Shown here piece by piece: positions 1-9,894 of a stretch of 32,944 nt of DNA (positions within the stretch are counted from its first letter, which is position 1; each line of letters opens with the position of its first letter). The translations under genes were made by a program, and so were the position numbers. The notes below the pieces were generated by a model, which was not told the DNA's origin, did not search any database, and saw only the letters and a list, made by a program, of their open reading frames with translations. Source of the DNA: a virus (taxonomy: Duplodnaviria; Heunggongvirae; Uroviricota; Caudoviricetes); the IMG/VR virus record IMGVR_UViG_2648501787_000007; one strand, written 5' to 3'.

Positions 1-1549
1 CGGAGGATGGCAGCGTGATTTCACGGTCGAGCGTCAGCGTCCGGGTCTGGCTGTTCACCGCCAGCACGCGACCACCGATGCTGATACCGGCATAGTCATC
101 ATCGCAGATTTCAATAACATCGCCCGGCACATGGCGAAGCCCTTCTGCGCCCACGCTGAAATCCACGGTCTGCGTTTCCAGCAGTTCCGTTTTAATCAGC
201 CACAGCCCGGCTCGGTGTGCCTGCCCCCGACTGGTACAACCAAAGGCATCCATCTTCGTGACATTACGACCGTAACGGGCAATGGCCTGCGTATCTTCAA
301 CAAGCTCTGTCGCCGTCTCCCAGCCGTTATTCGGGTCAATCCAGTTCACCTCAACGGCATTATGGCGGTCCTTCAGGGCGCTGAAGCTGTAGCGGAACGG
401 CGCACCATCATCCGGCATCACCACATTACTGCGGTTATAGGTCCACACCTTATCTGATGGTCGGTCCTGCACGAACGTCAGCGTCTGCCCGTTCCATACC
501 GGCATACAGCGCATCGCCGAGCAGAAATCACTGAGCACATCCCACGCCTTGCGCTGTGTGGTCAGGTACGCATTACAGGTGATGCGCGGCTCCGTGCCGC
601 CAAAGCCGTCCGGCACCGACTGGTCGCAATTCTGGCCGATGACATACAGCGCCCATTTATCCACATCCGCCGCACCAAGACGTTTCCCCATGCCGTAGCG
701 CGGATGGGTCAGCATATCCCACAGACACCAGGCCATGTTGTTGCTGTATGCCGGTTTAAACGTTCCGTCCCAGATACCGCTGTATTGCCGCGTCTGCGGG
801 TTATAATTCGACGGCACCTGCAGAATGCGCCCGCGAAGATGATAATTACGGCTCACCTGCTGGCTGCCGAACTGCTCCGAGTCCACCTGTACGCCGACCA
901 GTGCCGTGTTCGGGTAGCCCTGTTTCACATCGATGATTTCGGTGTATGACGACCAGAGCGTTTTGTTCTGCAGCTGGTCTGTGGTGCTGTCCGGCGTCAT
1001 TCTGCGCATCCGGATATTAAACGGGCGCGGCGGCAGGTTATCCACCACCACCGAGGCCAGATACTGCGAGGTGGTTTTGCCCTTAATGGTGATGTCTTTT
1101 TCCGTCACCCAGCCACCGTTACGCTGTATCTGAACCAGCAGGCGGACTTCCGACGGATTCCTGTCTCCCTTTGAGGTGGTTTCCACCAGTGCCTGTACAC
1201 CGAAGGTAAAGCGCAGACGGTCGATGTTTGCCGACGTGATGGTCCGGGTGATCGGCGTGTCATATTTCACTTCCGTACCCAGCACCGTCTCGGAACCGGA
1301 GGATTCAAATCCCTCCGGCGGTGACTGCTCCTGCTCACCTGCCCGGAACACCACCGTGACGCCGGAGATGTTGGTATTCCCCTCACTGTCCAGCACCGGC
1401 GTACTGTTCAGCAGCACGCTTTTTAATCCATCCACCGGACCTTCAATCGGCCCTTCGCTGATGGCATCAATCACACTCAACAGCTGCGTGGATTTCAGGT
1501 TATCTTTCGCTTCGCGCGGGGTATGCCCCTTACTGCTGCCTTTACCCAT
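1..1549 (-). CDS. J: Tail tip / host-specificity protein J, N-terminal ~516 codons (C-terminal part lies beyond the window start)
   Basis: Minus-strand translation starts MGKGSSKGH at 1549 and stays open to position 1 (ends ...VNSQTRTLTLDREITLPSS), matching lambda J; not in ORF track because truncated. Confidence 0.9.
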   Translation of the reverse strand, partial: MGKGSSKGHTPREAKDNLKSTQLLSVIDAISEGPIEGPVDGLKSVLLNSTPVLDSEGNTNISGVTVVFRAGEQEQSPPEGFESSGSETVLGTEVKYDTPITRTITSANIDRLRFTFGVQALVETTSKGDRNPSEVRLLVQIQRNGGWVTEKDITIKGKTTSQYLASVVVDNLPPRPFNIRMRRMTPDSTTDQLQNKTLWSSYTEIIDVKQGYPNTALVGVQVDSEQFGSQQVSRNYHLRGRILQVPSNYNPQTRQYSGIWDGTFKPAYSNNMAWCLWDMLTHPRYGMGKRLGAADVDKWALYVIGQNCDQSVPDGFGGTEPRITCNAYLTTQRKAWDVLSDFCSAMRCMPVWNGQTLTFVQDRPSDKVWTYNRSNVVMPDDGAPFRYSFSALKDRHNAVEVNWIDPNNGWETATELVEDTQAIARYGRNVTKMDAFGCTSRGQAHRAGLWLIKTELLETQTVDFSVGAEGLRHVPGDVIEICDDDYAGISIGGRVLAVNSQTRTLTLDREITLPSS

Positions 1550-1571
1550 TCCTCACGCTCCATAAACGACA

Positions 1572-1591
1572 AAACCGCCCGCAGGCGGTTT
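1572..1591 (-). terminator. GC-rich hairpin (AAACCGCC-TGCG-GGCGGTTT) followed by a T-rich tract between I stop and J start; possible attenuator
   Basis: 8-bp perfect inverted repeat with 4-nt loop read directly; on the minus strand it is followed by TTTTGTCGTTTAT. Confidence 0.3.
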
Positions 1592-1609
1592 CACATAAAA
1601 CATTTTGCA

Positions 1610-2281
1610 TCAGCGACCAATCACCACAACCTGACCACCGTCACCTTCATCTGCCGTGCTAATCTCCTGAGAGACAACACGTGACCCCACGCGCATTTCA
1701 CCGTACAGAACGGGCAGAACATTGCCCTGGGCAACCATGTTATCCAGGGAGGAGAAATAGGTGTTCTGTTTGCCGTTATCCGTTGTCTGTGTACGGGGAG
1801 TTCTGGCTTTCGGTGCCAGCATCTGCGCCACACCACCGAGCACCATACTGGCACCGAGAGAAAACAGGATGCCGGTCATACCACCGGCCCCAATGGCTGC
1901 CCCCCATGCTGCAAGGGTGGCTCCGGCAGTAAAGAATGATCCGGCAATGGCGGCTGCTCCCAGGACAATCTGGAATACACCACCTGACTTGGCCCCGGCG
2001 ACTCTGGGAACAATATGAATCACAGCGCCATCAGGCAGAGTCTCATGTAACTGCGCCGTTAACCCGGACGTGCTGACATCCCGCCCGGCAATCCGTACCT
2101 GATACCAGCCGTCGCTCAGTTTCTGACGAAACGCCGGGAGCTGTGTGGCCAGTGCGCGGATGGCTTCAGCCCCCGTTTTCACACGAAGGTCGATGCGGCG
2201 GCCAAATCGTTGCAAATCCCCGTAAAGGCAGATGCGCGCCATGCCCGGTGACTCCAGAGGGAGTGTGTGCGTCGCTGCCAT
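1610..2281 (-). CDS. I: Tail tip assembly protein I
   Basis: 223-aa ORF MAATHTLPLESPGMARICLYGDLQRFGRR..., same length and near-identical to lambda I. Confidence 0.95.
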   Translation of the reverse strand: MAATHTLPLESPGMARICLYGDLQRFGRRIDLRVKTGAEAIRALATQLPAFRQKLSDGWYQVRIAGRDVSTSGLTAQLHETLPDGAVIHIVPRVAGAKSGGVFQIVLGAAAIAGSFFTAGATLAAWGAAIGAGGMTGILFSLGASMVLGGVAQMLAPKARTPRTQTTDNGKQNTYFSSLDNMVAQGNVLPVLYGEMRVGSRVVSQEISTADEGDGGQVVVIGR

Positions 2282-2922
2282 TTGTCGGTATACCTCTCTC
2301 GTTTACTCAGTTGTTCAGGAATATGGTGCAGCAGCTCGCCGTCACCACAGTAAATAGCGGCATGATTCGGCACCGATGAACCAAAGCAGCACAGCAGCAC
2401 GTCGCCAGGCTGCGCCTCTGTCAGTGCGACACGGTAAAAACCAGTCGCCTCCATATTGTCAAGATAGAGATTCTGACCGTTACGCCACCAGTCATCCCCG
2501 CGATGAAAATCCGGCATCTCAATTCCCGCCAGATGGTAAGCATCCCGGAACAGCGTGTAACAGTCCGTCACCCCGTGCTCAAAGCGCCGCCCGGTGAGAT
2601 GCGGCACACAGCGGAACTTGTGAATCGCCCCCCGGCAGACCAGCCACCACGGCAAATCACTCTGCACCTGCAGCCGCCGGTCGGCCTCACTCAGCCAGGG
2701 CAGACCACCGGGGTGACTGTGGACCAGCGCCACAATCTCACCCTGCATTTTGGCCTGCAGCCAGTCCTCCGGCGACATCCGGAAATAATCCTCCGGTTCA
2801 CCGGAGATATTCACGCAGGGAAAATATCTTTCCTCCTCCGGCGTTCTCACCACGAAGCCGCACGACTCCGCTGGCGCACATCGCCGGGCGTGCGCCAGAA
2901 TCGCTGATTCTGTCTCTGTCAT
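2179..2922 (-). CDS. K: Tail tip assembly protein K (NlpC/P60 plus JAB/MPN-type); the canonical 199-aa lambda K corresponds to 2179-2778, the ORF is open from an upstream ATG at 2922
   Basis: ORF MTETESAILAHARRCAPAESCGFVV...HSHPGG... matches lambda K; overlaps I by about 100 nt. Confidence 0.9.
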   Translation of the reverse strand: MTETESAILAHARRCAPAESCGFVVRTPEEERYFPCVNISGEPEDYFRMSPEDWLQAKMQGEIVALVHSHPGGLPWLSEADRRLQVQSDLPWWLVCRGAIHKFRCVPHLTGRRFEHGVTDCYTLFRDAYHLAGIEMPDFHRGDDWWRNGQNLYLDNMEATGFYRVALTEAQPGDVLLCCFGSSVPNHAAIYCGDGELLHHIPEQLSKRERYTDKWQRRTHSLWSHRAWRASAFTGICNDLAAASTFV

Positions 2923-2927
2923 GGGAT

Positions 2928-3626
2928 TTACTGCGAAAGTTTGTTAATGGAAAGGAAGCCGCCAAAGTTGCCGACGTTATTGCGGAACTTACAACCGCTC
3001 AGGCATTTGCTGCATTTATCCTTCGTGATATCGGACGTTGGCTGGTCATATTCATCCGCGACCGCCGGACCGTGATAACCGCACTCATCGCCGCGATAGG
3101 TCCAGGTGCAGGTGTTGGCCAGCATGATACGTCCCGGAAAAACAGCGCCGTCCGTTTCCGTCGGCGTGGACAGTACAAAAGAGGCACTCACCGCGCTCAG
3201 TTCGCTGCACTGCTCAATGCGCCAGCGGCTGATCACCTCCTGCTCCGGATCGGCGTCACTGTTTCCGTTGACGAAGTTCACCGCATCCAGAAAACGGGCG
3301 TAAACCTTACGCCGGACCACCGTTCCGCCGACCAGACTCTGCAGATCTTCCGCCATCCCGGTGACCATACCGTACAGGTTAGAAACCGTCAGCGTGGGGC
3401 GCGTACTGGTGCCTTTGCCATTCAGTTCAAAACCACTCCCCTGAATGGGATACGGCTGATACTGTCGCCCCTGCCAGGTGACCGGCTCACCTTTTTCGTT
3501 CTGCTCATTACAGAAAAAATAACGTTCTCCACCGACCTCTGTCAGATCGATTTCCCAAAGCACCACGCTGGCCGACTGCTCCGCACGGGTGCATTCATTC
3601 AGTGTTTCCTGCCGGATATCCTGCAT
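2928..3626 (-). CDS. L: Tail tip assembly protein L
   Basis: 232-aa ORF MQDIRQETLNECTRAEQSASVVLWEIDLTEVGGERYFF..., matches lambda L in sequence and length. Confidence 0.95.
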   Translation of the reverse strand: MQDIRQETLNECTRAEQSASVVLWEIDLTEVGGERYFFCNEQNEKGEPVTWQGRQYQPYPIQGSGFELNGKGTSTRPTLTVSNLYGMVTGMAEDLQSLVGGTVVRRKVYARFLDAVNFVNGNSDADPEQEVISRWRIEQCSELSAVSASFVLSTPTETDGAVFPGRIMLANTCTWTYRGDECGYHGPAVADEYDQPTSDITKDKCSKCLSGCKFRNNVGNFGGFLSINKLSQ

Positions 3627-3955
3627 CAGTTCACCACCTGTTCAAACTCTGCGCTGAACTCAACACGCAGCATACTGACCCGCGACGACCATTTTGCGCA
3701 GGTCACCTTTATCTGCCGCCACTCATAAGGCGGCGTCCACAGAAAGGCTTTCCAGCCCCCGTGCTCAGCCAGAAACGACTCAAGCGCCGTGGCCTCCCAA
3801 CGGGGAACAGAAAGCGTCACGCTGTACGTTTTCAGGTCGGCATTCAGCCCGGCAGGCGCTCGCTGGGAATAGCCATCACCAAAGCGCACCTTTCTTACGG
3901 AAGGGGCCGAAGCCACATCCATACCGGGTTTCACTTTCCAGCGGAAGGTTTTCAT
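3626..3955 (-). CDS. M: Tail tip protein M
   Basis: 109-aa ORF MKTFRWKVKPGMDVASAPSVRKVRFGDGYSQRAPAGLN..., matches lambda M. Confidence 0.95.
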   Translation of the reverse strand: MKTFRWKVKPGMDVASAPSVRKVRFGDGYSQRAPAGLNADLKTYSVTLSVPRWEATALESFLAEHGGWKAFLWTPPYEWRQIKVTCAKWSSRVSMLRVEFSAEFEQVVN

Positions 3956-6513
3956 CGTCCACCTCCGGAGAACAGACCACCATCGCGCATCTGCCCGGTC
4001 ACAACATCCATTGCCGCCTTACGGGCTACGTCATAAACCGCCTTCAGCGCCTGTGGCCCTATCTGACCGTTCGTGCCGTCGTTGTTAATCACCACATGGT
4101 TATTCTGCTCAAACGTCCCGGACGCCTGCGAGCGGCTGTCCGCCATGCTGCCCGGTGTACCGACATAACCGCCGGTGGCATAGCCGCGCATCAGCCGGTA
4201 GAGATTTCCCACGCCAATCCGGCTGGTTGCCTCCTTCGTGAAGACAAATTCACCACGGTGAACAATCCCCGCTGGCTCATATTTGCCGCCGGTTCCCGTA
4301 AATCCTCCGGTTGCAAAATGGAATTTCGCCGCAGCGGCCTGAATGGCTGTACCGCCTGACGCGGATGCGCCGCCACCAACAGCCCCGCCAATGGCGCTGC
4401 CGATACTCCCGACAATCCCCACCATTGCCTGCTTAAGCAGAATTTCTGTCATCATGGACAGCACGGAACGGGTGAAGCTGCGCCAGTTCTGCTCACTGCC
4501 GGTCAGCATCGCCGCCATATTCTGTGCAATACCATCAAAGGTCTGCGTGGCTGCACTTTTTACCTGCGACATACTGTCCGTGGCGCTCTCTTCCCACTCA
4601 CTCCAGCCGGACTTCAGGCCTGCCATCCAGCTCCCGCGAAGCTGGTCTTCAGCCGCCCAGGTCTTTTTCTGCTCTGACATGACGTTATTCAGCGCCAGCG
4701 GATTATCGCCATACTGTTCCTTCAGGCGCTGTTCCGTGGCTTCCCGTTCTGCCTGCCGGTCAGTCAGTCCCCGGCTTTTCGCATCAATGGCGGCCCGTTT
4801 TGCCCGTTGCTGCTGTGCGAATTTATCCGCCTGCTGCGCCAGCGCGTTCAGGCGCTCCTGATACGTAACCTTGTCGCCAAGTGCAGCCAGCTGGCGTTTG
4901 TACTCCAGCGTCTCATCTTTATGCGCCAGCAGGGATTTCTCCTGTGCAGACAGCTGGCGACGTTGCGCCGCCTCCTCCAGTACCGCGAACTGACTCTCCG
5001 CCTTCCACAAATCCCGGCGCTGCTGGCTGATTTTCTCATTTGCTCCGGCATGCTTCTCCAGCGTCCGGAGTTCAGCCTGAAGCGTCAGCAGGGCAGCATG
5101 AGCACTGTCTTCCTGACGATCGCCCGCAGACACCTTCACGCCGGACTGTTTCGGCTTTTTCAGCGTCGCTTCATAGTCCTTTTTCGCCGCCGCCATCAGC
5201 GTGTTGTAATCTGCCTGCAGAATTTTCCCGTCCTTCAGTGCCTTGTTCAGTTCTTCCTGACGGGCGGTATATTTCTCCAGCGGCGTCTGCAGCCGTTCGT
5301 AAGCTTTCTGCGCCTCTTCGGTATATTTCAGCCGTGACGCTTCAGTATCGCTCTGCTGCTGCGCATTTTTGTCCTGTTGACTCTGCTGTTCAGCCTTCTT
5401 TCTCGCGGCTTCAAGCGCAAGACGGGCCTTTTCACGATCATCCCAGTAACGCGCCCGCGCTTCATCGTTAACAAAATAATCATCCTTGCGCAGACTCCAG
5501 ATGTCGTCCGCTTTCTTAAACGCAGCCTCTGCCTTAATCAGCATCTCCTGAGCGGTATCAGGACGACCAATATCCAGCACCGCATCCCACATGGATTTGA
5601 ATGCCCGTGCTGTCCTGTCTGCCCAGGTCTCCAGCGTACCCATGTTCTCTTTCAGGCGGCGGGTCTGGTCATCAAATCCTTTCGTCGCGGCCTCGTTCGC
5701 CGCCTGCAATGCCCCGGCTTCATCGCCGGAACGCTGCAACTGAGCAACATACGCAATCTGCTCCGCCGTCACGTTATGGAACTGGCGTGCCATCGCTGTC
5801 AGCCCTGACGTCGGGTCTGTGGTCAGCTTCCCGAAGGCTTCAGCGACCTTGTCCACCTCCACGCCGGATGCAGAGGAGAAACGCGCCACACTCTGGCTGA
5901 TGGATGCAATCTGAGCCTCACCGCTTACTCCCGCCTTAACCAGTGCGCTGAGTGACTCGCTGGTCTGGTTAAACGTCAGCCCTGCCGCCTGCCCGGCTCT
6001 GGACAGGACCAGCATACGATCTGCCGTCAGACCCGACTGATTGCCGGAAAGGACCAGCGTTTTGTTGAAATCGGACAGGGTTGAGTTGCCCTGATACCAG
6101 GCATACGCCAGCGCACCGGTCGCCACCGCCAGCGAGGTGGCCCCGACCATCGGCAGGGTGATCGCACCGGCAAGCCCCCTGAACATGGGGATCATCCCGC
6201 CGAAGGAGTCCTTCACCTGACCACCCTGTTGCAGCAGGATCAGCCACGGACTTTGCCCGCCTGCAAGCTGCGTGGCCACGTCGGTGAACTGCGCAGGCAG
6301 CATACGCATGGCAGCTTTATACTGCCCGACGGAAATCCCCGCTTTCTGTGCAGCCAGTGCCTGTCGCCTCAGCGACTGTTCAACGACTGCCGCTGTTTTT
6401 TTCGCATCACTTTCCGTACCGGAAAAATGACGCCTGACTCTGGCCATCTGCTCGTCAAATCTGGCCGCATCCAGACTTAAATCAACGACCAGATCGCCTA
6501 CCGGTTCAGCCAT
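3952..6513 (-). CDS. H: Tail tape measure protein H
   Basis: 853-aa ORF MAEPVGDLVVDLSLDAARFDEQMARVRRHF..., coiled-coil and Gly-rich C-terminus, same length as lambda H. Confidence 0.97.
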   Translation of the reverse strand: MAEPVGDLVVDLSLDAARFDEQMARVRRHFSGTESDAKKTAAVVEQSLRRQALAAQKAGISVGQYKAAMRMLPAQFTDVATQLAGGQSPWLILLQQGGQVKDSFGGMIPMFRGLAGAITLPMVGATSLAVATGALAYAWYQGNSTLSDFNKTLVLSGNQSGLTADRMLVLSRAGQAAGLTFNQTSESLSALVKAGVSGEAQIASISQSVARFSSASGVEVDKVAEAFGKLTTDPTSGLTAMARQFHNVTAEQIAYVAQLQRSGDEAGALQAANEAATKGFDDQTRRLKENMGTLETWADRTARAFKSMWDAVLDIGRPDTAQEMLIKAEAAFKKADDIWSLRKDDYFVNDEARARYWDDREKARLALEAARKKAEQQSQQDKNAQQQSDTEASRLKYTEEAQKAYERLQTPLEKYTARQEELNKALKDGKILQADYNTLMAAAKKDYEATLKKPKQSGVKVSAGDRQEDSAHAALLTLQAELRTLEKHAGANEKISQQRRDLWKAESQFAVLEEAAQRRQLSAQEKSLLAHKDETLEYKRQLAALGDKVTYQERLNALAQQADKFAQQQRAKRAAIDAKSRGLTDRQAEREATEQRLKEQYGDNPLALNNVMSEQKKTWAAEDQLRGSWMAGLKSGWSEWEESATDSMSQVKSAATQTFDGIAQNMAAMLTGSEQNWRSFTRSVLSMMTEILLKQAMVGIVGSIGSAIGGAVGGGASASGGTAIQAAAAKFHFATGGFTGTGGKYEPAGIVHRGEFVFTKEATSRIGVGNLYRLMRGYATGGYVGTPGSMADSRSQASGTFEQNNHVVINNDGTNGQIGPQALKAVYDVARKAAMDVVTGQMRDGGLFSGGGR

Positions 6514-6940
6514 ACCGGACTCCTCCTGCGATCCCTTCTGATACTGTCATCAGCATTACGTCATCCTCCGTCATGTCTGCCACATCCGGGGAAGCGGGGA
6601 TAACTTCATTCCCGTCCGGGCCAAAGCGGACACCTCCGCCAAGCCCTGCCGCTTTCTGCATCAGCACATCATCTTCAGGCTCTTCGTCAGCCTCGCGCTG
6701 GTTCAGCAAACTGAAATCCAGCGGATGCATATCCGGATCGCTGAAAAACAGGCTGAGCACGGTGTACGTCAGCCCGGAAAAGTGCATATCCAGCAGAACA
6801 TCATGAAAATAATGGGTACTGTAAAAGCGGTGCCAGTCGGCATACTCCGTGGATGACATCCCGGCAAGCATGGCACGCCAGTCGGGTCGCCCCATCTCAC
6901 GCGCCAGTTTCAGGGAAAAACTCAGCTCACCGTCGAACAC
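6506..6940 (-). CDS. T: T-frame part of tail assembly chaperone G-T (made only as a G-T fusion by -1 frameshift)
   Basis: Open frame (M)FDGELSFSLKLAREMGRPDW... starts without ATG directly at the G slippery site; matches lambda T. Confidence 0.85.
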   Translation of the reverse strand: MFDGELSFSLKLAREMGRPDWRAMLAGMSSTEYADWHRFYSTHYFHDVLLDMHFSGLTYTVLSLFFSDPDMHPLDFSLLNQREADEEPEDDVLMQKAAGLGGGVRFGPDGNEVIPASPDVADMTEDDVMLMTVSEGIAGGVRYG

Positions 6941-7344
6941 TTTCCCGCAGAAACAGGCTCTGCAGGCCCGGCGTCCTCTGCCTGTTCAGGGGCATCATTC
7001 ACCACAAACTCATACATACCGGACAACCGGTACACCACGTTTTCAGCATGAGAAATTGCCTCTGTGGGCCAGGTGGTAAGCACTTCCTGCTCAATCTGTT
7101 TAACGGCTTCATTCATGGAAGGCTGCTTTGTCTTCTGCGGATGGTTATGCCACAGGGACATAGCCACCACAAAAGCACCGGTTCTGATGGCGTCTTCCAC
7201 AGTAAACTTCCGGTTGCTGTCTGACTCCGCCTGTTCTGCCTGCCGTTTCATCAGGGCGAGATGCTCAATACGCTGCAGGGCTGACAGTTCAGAAAGCGTG
7301 ACGGTCACGCCGTTATGTTCAAATGATTCGGTTTTCAGGAACAT
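6922..7344 (-). CDS. G: Tail assembly chaperone G
   Basis: 140-aa ORF MFLKTESFEHNGVTVTLSELSALQRIEHLALMKRQ..., matches lambda G. Confidence 0.92.
   Translation of the reverse strand: MFLKTESFEHNGVTVTLSELSALQRIEHLALMKRQAEQAESDSNRKFTVEDAIRTGAFVVAMSLWHNHPQKTKQPSMNEAVKQIEQEVLTTWPTEAISHAENVVYRLSGMYEFVVNDAPEQAEDAGPAEPVSAGKCSTVS
6940..6946 (-). promoter_or_regulatory. Programmed -1 ribosomal frameshift slippery heptamer G GGA AAG joining G and T
   Basis: Minus-strand GGGAAAG sits 6 codons before the G stop, and the T frame opens at the same site in the -1 frame. Confidence 0.8.
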
Positions 7345-7359
7345 CGCTGACTCTCCGGA

Positions 7360-8100
7360 TTAACTGTCGGTGACAGTGATTTCTGCAACCGCAGCAAGTT
7401 CACCATTACCGGATACAACCGGAATGTTGACCTTACCTGCAGCAACGCCTTTCACGGTGATGGTCATACCACTGACCGACACGGTGGCTTTTGTTTTATC
7501 CGCTGACACCGCACGGAAGCTCTTGTCAGTTGCGCCCTCCGGCTGGAATGCCACGGTCAGCGTGGTGCTCTGCCCTTTCACCACCGAGGAGCTGGCAGGC
7601 GTCACGGTCATACCGGTTGCCGCCGTCACCGTACTGCGATCTTCTGCCATTGACGGACGGCCCACATTGGTGATCTTCACCGTACGGGTGATCACTTCCT
7701 TCGCCGTCACCGCCTTACCGATACTGCTGACCCAGCCACGGAACACATCGACCGTGCCGTTCGGGAAGCGGATTTTATAGGCACGGGTATCACCTTTATT
7801 AAACCACACCAGCAGCGCCTGCTGCCCCTGCTCTCCGGGCATCCACGCCAGCGTGAAGCTGGTATCTCCGGCGGATTTTTGCCCCTGTCCGGTCGCGGTC
7901 CAGTCTGCATCTTCATCATCGAGATAACTGTCGTCATAGGACTCAGCGGTCAGTTCGCCGGGCGTCAGGTCTTTAACTTTAGCCAGACGCGACCAGTCAA
8001 CGTCTGAAAGCGGGTTCGCATAAGGGTCACCGTTCCCCTGATAAACCCACAGTGTGGTCCCGGCACCTTTCACCGGCATTACAGGATTTGGTACAGGCAT
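7360..8100 (-). CDS. V: Major tail tube protein V
   Basis: ORF contains [31 protein letters not shown]... matching lambda V (246 aa); start set at the lambda-equivalent Met, ORF track extends 10 codons upstream to 8130. Confidence 0.95.
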   Translation of the reverse strand: MPVPNPVMPVKGAGTTLWVYQGNGDPYANPLSDVDWSRLAKVKDLTPGELTAESYDDSYLDDEDADWTATGQGQKSAGDTSFTLAWMPGEQGQQALLVWFNKGDTRAYKIRFPNGTVDVFRGWVSSIGKAVTAKEVITRTVKITNVGRPSMAEDRSTVTAATGMTVTPASSSVVKGQSTTLTVAFQPEGATDKSFRAVSADKTKATVSVSGMTITVKGVAAGKVNIPVVSGNGELAAVAEITVTDS

Positions 8101-8107
8101 ATCGTCC

Positions 8108-8503
8108 TCACATTTCATAGGTAATGACATAAGTCAGATCGGCAGAACTCCACAGGCCCGCATCATCGTCGCGCCGGTAGTCATAGCCGCTGGCCACCAT
8201 ACTGGTGATCAAATCTGACAGTGCAGGGATATCGCTCATCACCGGATAAATCCGGGACTCCATCCACGCATCCAGCTCTGAATCCGGCACCTGAGCAGGC
8301 AGGAAAACTTCGATATGCAGCTCCGCCTGCCAGGTATCGCTATCCAGCTCTTCGCCCGTGTATTCAGCGCCGGTGAGATAAACGGCAACTGCCGGAAAAT
8401 CCGCCTCATCAAAAACAGCGGGGCGACCATCAAAAAACGTCGCTCCGGTGTCATGCTTCTCCAGTGCATCCAGTACGGCTGCACGGAGTTCAGTATGTTT
8501 CAT
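8108..8503 (-). CDS. U: Tail tube terminator protein U
   Basis: 131-aa [55 protein letters not shown]..., matches lambda U. Confidence 0.95.
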   Translation of the reverse strand: MKHTELRAAVLDALEKHDTGATFFDGRPAVFDEADFPAVAVYLTGAEYTGEELDSDTWQAELHIEVFLPAQVPDSELDAWMESRIYPVMSDIPALSDLITSMVASGYDYRRDDDAGLWSSADLTYVITYEM

Positions 8504-9078
8504 CGCTTTATTACCATCCTCAGTTGATGCTGCAGCGCATAGCCCAGCTCTTTCGGAAGACGCTCACGCCGTATCCGCTCAATATTCTGTTTAAACGCCG
8601 TGGTCAGCGGCACCGCCATCGGGATTTTCACCACATCAATGGGGTAACGGTTTTTCCCGGCCACACGCTGCATGACATGCCAGCGGCCATTTTTCAGTTG
8701 CTGAATAAACGCGCCGGGAATACGACGGTTTCCCACCACAAGCACGCTGCCGCCACCTTTCAGGGCTGAACGCTGCCCCTTTTTACGACGCCTGCGTCGG
8801 GACAGGACAACCCGCGCGTTACCCAGCCTGATTACGGGCAAATCCCCCCGGTTAATTTTGATTCTGGCCTGCGGATTTTTGACCGTGGCCCTTTTCAGCC
8901 AGGCCCTTTCCTTTACCAGTTTCCGGCGTACCTTTGTCTCACGGGCAACCTGTGACGCCGACTGCGATATCGCGGATGAAGCAACGCGGTTAATGGCCAT
9001 TGCGGAGGCACCGGGCACCGCCGTTTTGCTGATACGGCTGAGGTTTTCAACGGCCTGCTCAAGACCCTGTATGGCCAT
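8500..9078 (-). CDS. Z: Tail completion protein Z
   Basis: 192-aa ORF MAIQGLEQAVENLSRISKTAVPGASAMAINRV..., matches lambda Z. Confidence 0.95.
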   Translation of the reverse strand: MAIQGLEQAVENLSRISKTAVPGASAMAINRVASSAISQSASQVARETKVRRKLVKERAWLKRATVKNPQARIKINRGDLPVIRLGNARVVLSRRRRRKKGQRSALKGGGSVLVVGNRRIPGAFIQQLKNGRWHVMQRVAGKNRYPIDVVKIPMAVPLTTAFKQNIERIRRERLPKELGYALQHQLRMVIKR

Positions 9079-9089
9079 ACATCCCCCTT

Positions 9090-9443
9090 TCAGCGGCGAC
9101 GGTTAACGGCAGGCGGTACGCCCCGTCCAAGCCAGAGATGACAACTTCCGCCATCATCTGGCGAAACCCGATCTACCCAGAAATTTTCCTCACCGATGGT
9201 CAGCGTGTCTCCACGCCGCAGCTGCCGCACCTCATCAGTCCGGACAAACAGGGACGGGCTGGAGCCTTCAACGCGCACGCCCTGTCCGGCATAGCTGATA
9301 TTTTCAGGGTCATCAAAAACACCACGTATCACCGCACCTGACTGCTCACCGGATGTCATGGTGGCTGACGTTCCCATGTACCCGCGTATCGTTTCATCGG
9401 CGCGGGCAATGGCAGCATCGAACAGGTTATCGAAATCAGCCAC
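9090..9443 (-). CDS. FII: Head-tail connector protein FII
   Basis: 117-aa ORF MADFDNLFDAAIARADETIRGYMGTSATMTSGEQSG..., matches lambda FII. Confidence 0.95.
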   Translation of the reverse strand: MADFDNLFDAAIARADETIRGYMGTSATMTSGEQSGAVIRGVFDDPENISYAGQGVRVEGSSPSLFVRTDEVRQLRRGDTLTIGEENFWVDRVSPDDGGSCHLWLGRGVPPAVNRRR

Positions 9444-9454
9444 AGCGCCTCCCG

Positions 9455-9853
9455 TTATTGCATTCTGGCCAGGCCGCGCTCTGTCATTTCGGCTGCCACA
9501 CCGGCAGAGACACGAAACGCCGTTCCCGGCAGCACAAATGCCACAGGTTCATCCCGCGTGACGTGAAGTGCATCAGTATGCAGCTTCACCAGTGCCACGA
9601 CCGTGACCAGTTCAGACGTATCCAGAATCACGGTATCCGGCTGCGCTGATCCCACCTCATTTTCATGTCCGGTCAGCACATTTTCCCGGCTGAGAGGGGT
9701 GTCCTGACCGGCAGTTTCATCCGTGTCATCAAGTTCCTCTTCCAGCTCTGCCACACGGAGCGCCAGTTCTTCTTTCGTCCCCGTCAGGCTGACATCACGG
9801 TTCAGTTGTTCACACAGCGAGCGGAGACGGGCAATCAGTTCATCTTTCGTCAT
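9455..9853 (-). CDS. FI: DNA packaging protein FI
   Basis: ORF contains MTKDELIARLRSLCEQLNRDVSLTGTKEELALRVAELEEELDDTDE... (132 aa from internal Met; ORF track starts 13 codons upstream at 9892). Confidence 0.9.
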   Translation of the reverse strand: MTKDELIARLRSLCEQLNRDVSLTGTKEELALRVAELEEELDDTDETAGQDTPLSRENVLTGHENEVGSAQPDTVILDTSELVTVVALVKLHTDALHVTRDEPVAFVLPGTAFRVSAGVAAEMTERGLARMQ

Positions 9854-9894
9854 GGACTCCTCCACAGAGAAACAATGGCCCCGAAGGGCCATGA

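Noticed and set aside
131-1565. Plus-strand ORFs (131-457, 704-949, 933-1133, 1176-1565) overlapping J
   Set aside because: Antisense to a confidently identified J coding region; GC-rich DNA gives long spurious antisense frames and the products look non-protein-like
4343-6480. Several plus-strand ORFs (e.g. 4343-4861, 4807-5337, 5377-5808) inside the tape measure gene H
   Set aside because: Antisense shadows of the 853-aa H ORF with low-complexity, Cys/Arg-rich translations
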